From: Candidatus Pelagibacter ubique HTCC1062
GTDB taxonomy: Bacteria; Pseudomonadota; Alphaproteobacteria; Pelagibacterales; Pelagibacteraceae
Direction of reading: 5' to 3'
NCBI RefSeq assembly: GCF_000012345.1
Contig: NC_007205.1
Location: forward strand, 870,001 to 902,000
DNA: 32,000 nt
The notes beneath the pieces were generated by a model. That model made no database searches, was not told the DNA's origin, and saw nothing but the letters and a program-made list of their open reading frames with translations. Position 1 is the stretch's first letter. Every line of letters begins with the position of its first letter. Both the position numbers and the translations under genes were made by a program. Positions 19,477 to 25,697 of the stretch are shown one piece after another.

Positions 19477-20930
19477 TATTTTAATGCATTCATTAAAGCT
19501 TTGGCTTTATTAACAGTTTCTTCGTATTCTTTAATTGGATTACTGTCAGCTACTATTCCTGCACCAGCTTGGACATAAAATTTTTTATTTTTTACAACAG
19601 CAGTTCTTAATGCAATGCATGTGTCAAACTCACCATTCGCAGAAAAATAACCTATTCCTCCAGCATATACTTTTCTTTTAGTGGTTTCTAGCTCATCAAT
19701 AATTTCCATAGCTCTAATTTTAGGTGCACCAGAAACAGTCCCTGCAGGAAATCCAGCAAGTAGTGATTTAAATTTTGAAATTTTTTTATTATAAATGCCC
19801 ATCACATTAGAAACTATATGCATTACATGAGAGTATTTCTCGATCATAAAACTATCTGTAACTTTAACAGTTCCTATTTTAGAAACTTTACCAGCATCAT
19901 TTCTACCTAAGTCAAGTAGCATTAAATGTTCAGAAAGTTCTTTTTTATCTTTAAGCAAATCTTTTGCAAAAAAGCTATCCTCCTTTAAATCTTTACCCCT
20001 AGGTCTAGTTCCAGCAATTGGTCTAACAGTAATCTTGTTATCTCTTAGTCTTACTAAAATTTCTGGACTAGCACCTATAATTTGAAAATCATCAAAATTA
20101 AAAAAATACATAAATGGAGATGGGTTAGTAGTTCTAAGTTTTTTATAAATTTCTAATGGTCTTTTAGACAATTTAGCTTCAAACCTTTGACTTAAGACGA
20201 CTTGAAAAATATCTCCAATTTTTATGTATTTTTTAGCTTTGCTCACCATCTTTAAAAACTTATGCTTAGTTGTATTAGATTTAATTTTTATATTTTTCAT
20301 AATGGTTTTATTAAGATCTTTTTTTTGGAGAGAGGCTTGAATTAATAATTCATTTATTTGTTTTTCAATTTCAAGGTATCTACTCTTATAATTTGTAATT
20401 TTTTCATCCTTAAAGATATTAACAATATAAAAAATCTTTTTTTTCAAGTTATCGTGGACAACTAACACCCTTGGTCTTAAAAGCCTTACATCAGGTAGTT
20501 TTAAATCATCTCTACATTTGTTTGGAATTTTTTCTATGTATCTAATTGAATCATAAGAAAAATAACCAGAAATTAATGAACTAATAGGAGGAAGCCCTGA
20601 TGGTATCTTAAATTTAAATTCTTCAATTATCTTTTCTATAATTTTTTCAGGTTTTCCTTTAATTCTTTTTTTAGTTTTGTTTGTAACTAAATATGAATTA
20701 TTATTATTGAACTCCCAAATTTTATCAGGGTTTTTACCAAAAATAGTGTATCTACCTCTTATTTTTCCCTTTTCTACGGATTCAAAAACAAAACTATTTT
20801 TTTCTATAAGAAAATTATCTATTAGATTTAGGATTTCGTCATCATTTCTTATTTTCCTAGTGGTGTAGAGGATTTGATTTTTGTTTCTTTTATGTTGAAA
20901 CTTAAAATCATTAAAGTTTCTGTTTAACAT
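19476..20930 (-). CDS. trpE: anthranilate synthase component I
   Basis: Chorismate-binding C-terminal region: FPAGTVSGAPKIRAMEIIDELE and GGIGYFS..G.FDTCIALRT. Confidence 0.95.
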   Translation of the reverse strand: MLNRNFNDFKFQHKRNKNQILYTTRKIRNDDEILNLIDNFLIEKNSFVFESVEKGKIRGRYTIFGKNPDKIWEFNNNNSYLVTNKTKKRIKGKPEKIIEKIIEEFKFKIPSGLPPISSLISGYFSYDSIRYIEKIPNKCRDDLKLPDVRLLRPRVLVVHDNLKKKIFYIVNIFKDEKITNYKSRYLEIEKQINELLIQASLQKKDLNKTIMKNIKIKSNTTKHKFLKMVSKAKKYIKIGDIFQVVLSQRFEAKLSKRPLEIYKKLRTTNPSPFMYFFNFDDFQIIGASPEILVRLRDNKITVRPIAGTRPRGKDLKEDSFFAKDLLKDKKELSEHLMLLDLGRNDAGKVSKIGTVKVTDSFMIEKYSHVMHIVSNVMGIYNKKISKFKSLLAGFPAGTVSGAPKIRAMEIIDELETTKRKVYAGGIGYFSANGEFDTCIALRTAVVKNKKFYVQAGAGIVADSNPIKEYEETVNKAKALMNALK

Positions 20931-22351
20931 TATTTAAAATAATTTTTAACTCGCTCAAGTGTTTTTTCATTCACAACAACTTGGTATCTGTTATTTAAAA
21001 ATAAATCATATGATTTTAAAATATTATTTTTACTTTGAGCTCCCTCTTCAGAAGATATTTTTCCAAAATTAGCAGAATTTTTGTTAATGTTTTTTTCTTC
21101 GTATTTTATAGTCTTTGCAATAAACACATCATTTTCATTGTTTGCAATTAATGTAAAAGAATTAATAGGAAGAGAATAGAGTATTTGAATTGAGTTTGTC
21201 TCAAATTTTTTAGTATCATTTATAGAATCTAGCTTAATTTCTTTTATATTGTTTTTACCAAACTCATCAAATGACACTTGATTGAATGTTTTTTTATTAA
21301 TTTTTTCTAAAATATTTTTATTAAATTCCAACTTTTCTTTTTGAAATAGAAGATTTGTAATTTGTTCTTTAATTATAGGATTTTCAAGATCTGGCAATTT
21401 AGAGATTGAATTATTTATATTGTAAAAAATATAAGCACCATTATTTTCAAGAATTTCAATTTTATCTTCTCTTGAATTATAGATCATATTTTCTATTATT
21501 TTTTTATTATCAAGATTTATGTATGAGTTAACTTCGGTAGGGGAAATATCCAAATTTTTAACTATAGTTTTAAAGTCAATATTTTTTGATATTTGGTTTT
21601 CTATATCGTCAATTTTATCAAAAAATGCTTGATTAAAATCATCAATACCTAGTAAGTTTTTTGGGCTAATTTCAACAAAAGAGAAATCAATATAATCTTG
21701 TTTTAATTTTTCTGCATTTTCTTCAACGAAAAACTTAATATCGTTATCTGTAAACATTTCCTTTTTTTTATAAAAGGTACTTAGATCGATATATTCGATA
21801 TCTAATTTTTTGTTATTTTCTTTATAAAATTTATTAATTAAAAATTCTGGTGATTTTGTTCCACCACTTATGTAGGTAAATAATTGTTTTTGAAGTTCAT
21901 TATTTTTCAAGCGTATTTCAAACATGGCTGCAGAAGAATTATTTGTTAATAAAAATTTTTCATATAATGTTCTTTGAAATAATCCATTTTCATCATGGAA
22001 ATTTTTATTATTTTTAATTTTTCTAATCAATACGTCTTCTGTGATTGAAAGATTAAGTTCTTCTATTTCAAGATCAAGAAGAGTCGTGGATACTAATGTA
22101 GATAAAAGTTCTTCTATAATATTTTTATCGATATTTTCTTTAATTACCTGTTGGCTTAATCCTGATTCATTTAAATAATCCATAAAATCTTGTGTAGAAA
22201 TATTAGTATTATTTATCTTAGCTATGTTGTTTTGATTGCCAGTGCTAAATCCTCCACCAAAACCACCAAAACCAAAAGCTACTATAATTACAAAAATTAG
22301 TAGTAGACCACCAATTTTCTTTTTAGAAAAATTTTTAAAAGGATTTATCAT
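20930..22351 (-). CDS. PpiD-like periplasmic chaperone (membrane-anchored, SurA-N-terminal-like); I saw no clear parvulin domain
   Basis: An N-terminal TM helix (IGGLLLIFVIIVAFGFGGF) followed by IAKINNTNISTQDF..., typical of PpiD/SurA N-terminal domains. It sits between tpiA and trpE as in many alphaproteobacteria. Its stop overlaps the trpE start by 1 nt. Confidence 0.65.
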   Translation of the reverse strand: MINPFKNFSKKKIGGLLLIFVIIVAFGFGGFGGGFSTGNQNNIAKINNTNISTQDFMDYLNESGLSQQVIKENIDKNIIEELLSTLVSTTLLDLEIEELNLSITEDVLIRKIKNNKNFHDENGLFQRTLYEKFLLTNNSSAAMFEIRLKNNELQKQLFTYISGGTKSPEFLINKFYKENNKKLDIEYIDLSTFYKKKEMFTDNDIKFFVEENAEKLKQDYIDFSFVEISPKNLLGIDDFNQAFFDKIDDIENQISKNIDFKTIVKNLDISPTEVNSYINLDNKKIIENMIYNSREDKIEILENNGAYIFYNINNSISKLPDLENPIIKEQITNLLFQKEKLEFNKNILEKINKKTFNQVSFDEFGKNNIKEIKLDSINDTKKFETNSIQILYSLPINSFTLIANNENDVFIAKTIKYEEKNINKNSANFGKISSEEGAQSKNNILKSYDLFLNNRYQVVVNEKTLERVKNYFK

Positions 22352-22407
22352 TACTTCATTAATTTATTGATCTTTAAAATACCAAGCTATAGATTAAATT
22401 TTTCATT

Positions 22408-23148
22408 ATGACAAATAAATATATGTATTTTGTAGCTAATTGGAAAATGTATGGGAATTTATCTTCTTTAAATACATTGGATAAAGTTATTAGATTTTCA
22501 AAATCTAAAGAAATAAAGGGAGGTAGATTAATTTACTGCCCTCCAAATACTTTAATAAGTTCTTTTGCTAAAAAATTTAATAATTGTCAAATTGGTATTG
22601 GTGGACAAAATTGTCATGAAAGCAAAGATTATGGTGCTCACACTGGCCATGTTAATTCCCGTATGTTAAAAAACATTGGTGCGCATTTTGTAATTATTGG
22701 TCATTCTGAAAATAGAAAACAAGGTGAGAGTGATAAACTAATTAATCTAAAAATAAAAAGTGCTCTCGAAGCTAAATTAAAAGTTATTTTTTGTATTGGT
22801 GAAACTTTAAGTGAAAAAAGAAAAAAAAAGACACGTTCAATTTTATCTAAACAAATTAAAATTGGTCTAAAAAATATTAAAAATAAATCTAATATTTTTA
22901 TTGCTTATGAGCCTGTTTGGGCTATTGGCAGTGGCATTATACCAAAATCATATGATCTTTTTAAAACTATAGAATTTATTAAAAGTAAATTTAGAGATAA
23001 ATTGCCAAAAGTTTTATATGGAGGTTCAGTCAACCCTGAAAATATTACAAACTTAAAAAAAATTAATAATATTGATGGTTTTTTGATTGGTGGTGCATCT
23101 CAAAGTGCTAAAAAATTTATTGATATAGTCAAAAAAACGTATAGTTAA
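22408..23148 (+). CDS. tpiA: triosephosphate isomerase
   Basis: FVANWKMYG, IIGHSENR, AYEPVWAIGSG and GGASQ motifs. Confidence 0.96.
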   Translation: MTNKYMYFVANWKMYGNLSSLNTLDKVIRFSKSKEIKGGRLIYCPPNTLISSFAKKFNNCQIGIGGQNCHESKDYGAHTGHVNSRMLKNIGAHFVIIGHSENRKQGESDKLINLKIKSALEAKLKVIFCIGETLSEKRKKKTRSILSKQIKIGLKNIKNKSNIFIAYEPVWAIGSGIIPKSYDLFKTIEFIKSKFRDKLPKVLYGGSVNPENITNLKKINNIDGFLIGGASQSAKKFIDIVKKTYS

Positions 23149-23153
23149 GCCAC

Positions 23154-23453
23154 ATGGAAAATATTTTATTAGTAGTCAACTTAGTGCTAGCAACAATACT
23201 TGTACTTTTGATACTTGTACAAAAATCAGAAGGTGGTGCTCTTGGCATAGGTGTCTCTCAGGATAATTTTATGCTTTCCAGATCTGCAGGTAATTTTATG
23301 GGGAAGGCTACTGCAGTAGTTGCAACTTTATTTATAATTTGTAGCTTAGCTTTAACAATTATATCTAGAGGTGAGTTAACACCTACTGAATCAGTTTTGG
23401 ATATCATTGAAGAAAAGTCTAGTGATACACCTTCAATTCCTGAAAATAATTAA
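23154..23453 (+). CDS. secG: preprotein translocase subunit SecG
   Basis: About 100 aa with two hydrophobic helices and LLILVQKSEGGALG. It lies in the conserved position after tpiA. Confidence 0.92.
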   Translation: MENILLVVNLVLATILVLLILVQKSEGGALGIGVSQDNFMLSRSAGNFMGKATAVVATLFIICSLALTIISRGELTPTESVLDIIEEKSSDTPSIPENN

Positions 23454-23538
23454 AAAATTAAAAAAAAAGTTTAAGAAATAAATACTTTTACCTTTAAAAA
23501 CCCAAACTGGTCACTCAACCTTTATTAGAATATTTCTA

Positions 23539-25455
23539 ATGATTTATAAAGAGTTCGTGTACCAAAAAATTATAAAAATTGTATTAATCTTAAGCCTTAG
23601 CTTGTTGGCTTCGTGCGCCAATAGAGGCCCATTGCCATTTTCTTTTGATTTTTTAAAGAAATCTGCTGATGAAGATATTGAAAAAATTTCAAAAATTAGA
23701 AAGCAAAATGAAATATTACAAAAAAACTTAGACATTGATTTATATACAGCGATCGCCCTTGCAATCGAAAATAACAAAGATTTAAAAGTAAAATTATTCG
23801 AAACCGCATTAGCGGACCGTCAATTGAAAGACGTAAAGTTTGACATGTTACCAACCATGTCAGCTAATGCAGGTTATTCTGGAAGTGACAATTATCAATC
23901 ATCCACAAGTGCAACTGTTGGAAATAATGATATAGCAGCATCCAAAGGGTCTACATACTCTACATCACGAAATAGAGATGTTGTTGATCAAGATATAGGT
24001 TTTGCTTGGAACGCACTTGATTTTGGTTTGTCTTATATCAGAGCAGGGCAAACAAGCGATCGATTTTTAATTGCAAAAGAGATAGAAAAAAAATCAGCTA
24101 ACAATATTGCAAAAGAAGTTATTCGATCTTATTGGAATGCTCTTTCTGCAGATAAGTTAATTCAAAAATACGATCCTTTAATTAAAAAAGTAAAAATAGC
24201 TTTAAGCGACTCTCAAAAAATAGAAGAGATGTTGCTACAAAAACCAATGGATGCACTTTTGTATCAAAAAGAATTGCTAGATATAAAGAGAGCTCTTATT
24301 ACACAAAGACAAACTTTAATTAATTCTAAAATTGAATTAGGAACCTTAATGGGATTGTTGCCCAACCAAAGCTATAAATTAGTAGCAACCAATCAACCTA
24401 TCAATATTTTAGACATGGATTTAAAAAACATGGAAAAACATGCTTTAGTTAGTAGAGCAGAGTTATTAGAAAATCGATATCAAGAAAGAATATCCGTTGC
24501 TGAAACTAAAGTTGGATTAAGATCTTTGTTACCTAATTTTAATATTAACGCAGCTTTCACAAGTTCTTCAAATGATTATCTACAAAATAAATCAAATTTT
24601 GAATTTGGTTCTTCAGTTGGCGCAAACTTATTAAATGTCTTTAGAGCACCATCGATTAAGAAAATGAATGAGGCAAATACAGAAATTATTAAAGAACAAC
24701 GTCTTGCTTTATCTATGGCTATTTTATCACAAGTTCATTTAGCAAATATCGATTTTCAAATGAGCATGGAAGAATATGATACGGCTGAACGTTATTTAAA
24801 AGTTTCAACAAAAATTGCCGACCAAGTTCGAAACGCACAAAAAATTGCAAGATTTGGCGAATTAGAATTAATTAGAGAAGAAGCGGGTACTCTTGTTGCT
24901 GAACTAAGAAGAGACATTTCATTCTCTAAAATGCAACATTCAATTGCACAAGTTTATACCTCAGTTGGAATTGATATTACCACAAGAGACACCATAGTAG
25001 GGGGAACGGAATTATTTGCATATGAAATTAAGAATAAATTTAGTGGTTTAGGTAAAAAATACATTGCAAAAGTAACAGAACCTATTCAAAAACAAAATCC
25101 AGTTGCTAAACAATTTGATGAAAATTATAAAAAATTTGAATTTTCAGATAAAACATTCAAACTTGAAGGTCAAGGTTCTGTTCAATATTCAGCAAGATTA
25201 GCAAATGATCAACCATTACCTAGTTGGATAGATTTTTTACCAACGCAAAGAGCGTTTTTAATAGACTCGGTACTAAAAGGTGACATTCATGAAATAGAGC
25301 TCATTGTTAATGCAAAAAATATCAATTCTACAGTTGATGATCAATTTACTTTGATAGTGGATCCAATTTTAAAGAGCCAAAAAGATTTAGCAAAAATAAT
25401 AGGTACCACATTAAAAGAAAAAGCTGAAATAGTTAAAGCTTCAAAAATCCAATAA
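23539..25455 (+). CDS. outer-membrane efflux (TolC/OEP-family) lipoprotein with a C-terminal extension of about 150 aa
   Basis: Lipobox LLAS-C, with Cys26 at nt 23614-23616. An OEP-type repeat starts at LDIDLYTAIALAIENNKDLK, and a second repeat lies around LDMDLKNMEKHALVSRAELLEN. At 638 aa it is much longer than typical TolC-family proteins. Confidence 0.85.
   Translation: MIYKEFVYQKIIKIVLILSLSLLASCANRGPLPFSFDFLKKSADEDIEKISKIRKQNEILQKNLDIDLYTAIALAIENNKDLKVKLFETALADRQLKDVKFDMLPTMSANAGYSGSDNYQSSTSATVGNNDIAASKGSTYSTSRNRDVVDQDIGFAWNALDFGLSYIRAGQTSDRFLIAKEIEKKSANNIAKEVIRSYWNALSADKLIQKYDPLIKKVKIALSDSQKIEEMLLQKPMDALLYQKELLDIKRALITQRQTLINSKIELGTLMGLLPNQSYKLVATNQPINILDMDLKNMEKHALVSRAELLENRYQERISVAETKVGLRSLLPNFNINAAFTSSSNDYLQNKSNFEFGSSVGANLLNVFRAPSIKKMNEANTEIIKEQRLALSMAILSQVHLANIDFQMSMEEYDTAERYLKVSTKIADQVRNAQKIARFGELELIREEAGTLVAELRRDISFSKMQHSIAQVYTSVGIDITTRDTIVGGTELFAYEIKNKFSGLGKKYIAKVTEPIQKQNPVAKQFDENYKKFEFSDKTFKLEGQGSVQYSARLANDQPLPSWIDFLPTQRAFLIDSVLKGDIHEIELIVNAKNINSTVDDQFTLIVDPILKSQKDLAKIIGTTLKEKAEIVKASKIQ
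25135..25365 (+). other. cadherin-like (dystroglycan-type, CADG/He_PIG-like) Ig-fold domain fused to the C-terminus of the TolC-like protein
   Basis: FEFSDKTFKLEGQGSVQYSARLANDQPLPSWIDFLPTQRAFLIDSVLKGDIHEIELIVNAKNINSTVDDQFTLIVDP. The pattern Y-A-L-(N/D)-PLPSW(L/I)-F-then-GD/G-...-I-V-A-D-...-F-L-V is the classic signature of this domain family. Confidence 0.6.
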
Positions 25456-25458
25456 ATT

Positions 25459-25464
25459 AAGGAG
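25459..25464 (+). promoter_or_regulatory. Shine-Dalgarno AAGGAG for the small basic ORF
   Basis: AAGGAG lies 5 nt upstream of ATG 25470 and is the strongest SD match I noticed. Confidence 0.6.
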
Positions 25465-25469
25465 ATCTA

Positions 25470-25697
25470 ATGAAGAAAATTACAAAGAATATTAAGGTTA
25501 AAGTTGCCTCGAATAAAAAAAAAGTTTCAGGAAACATATTGAATGCACCTAAAACACATAAATTACCTCGTGTGGTTAAAGCAAGAGCAGGACAAACTAT
25601 AACAGGTAAAATTGGAGGTATTAGAAAGACACCCAATAAATCAATTGCAAAACCAGGACAAACAATAACTGGTAAAATTAGACGAAGAACCAATTGA
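25470..25697 (+). CDS. small (75 aa) highly basic protein with an internal 22-aa tandem repeat; function unknown
   Basis: It has a strong SD and Lys-rich composition like the host proteome. I recognise no hydrophobic segment or family. The motif (A/P)GQTITGKI occurs twice. Its TGA overlaps the TTG start of the giant ORF. Confidence 0.6.
   Translation: MKKITKNIKVKVASNKKKVSGNILNAPKTHKLPRVVKARAGQTITGKIGGIRKTPNKSIAKPGQTITGKIRRRTN
25588..25679 (+). repeat. 66-nt-period imperfect direct repeat inside the small ORF
   Basis: caggacaaactataacaggtaaaatt at 25588-25613 versus caggacaaacaataactggtaaaatt at 25654-25679, both encoding GQTITGKI. Confidence 0.8.

Noticed and set aside
23454-23538. Mobile-element hallmarks (tRNA, integrase, inverted or direct repeats) at the core/island junction, and tRNA or other RNA genes in the other spacers (3155-3283, 11231-11282, 17040-17127, 22352-22407).
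   Set aside because: No tRNA-like cloverleaf or T-arm motifs, transposase or integrase ORFs, or terminal repeats were found by eye. The spacers are too short and AT-rich for such genes.
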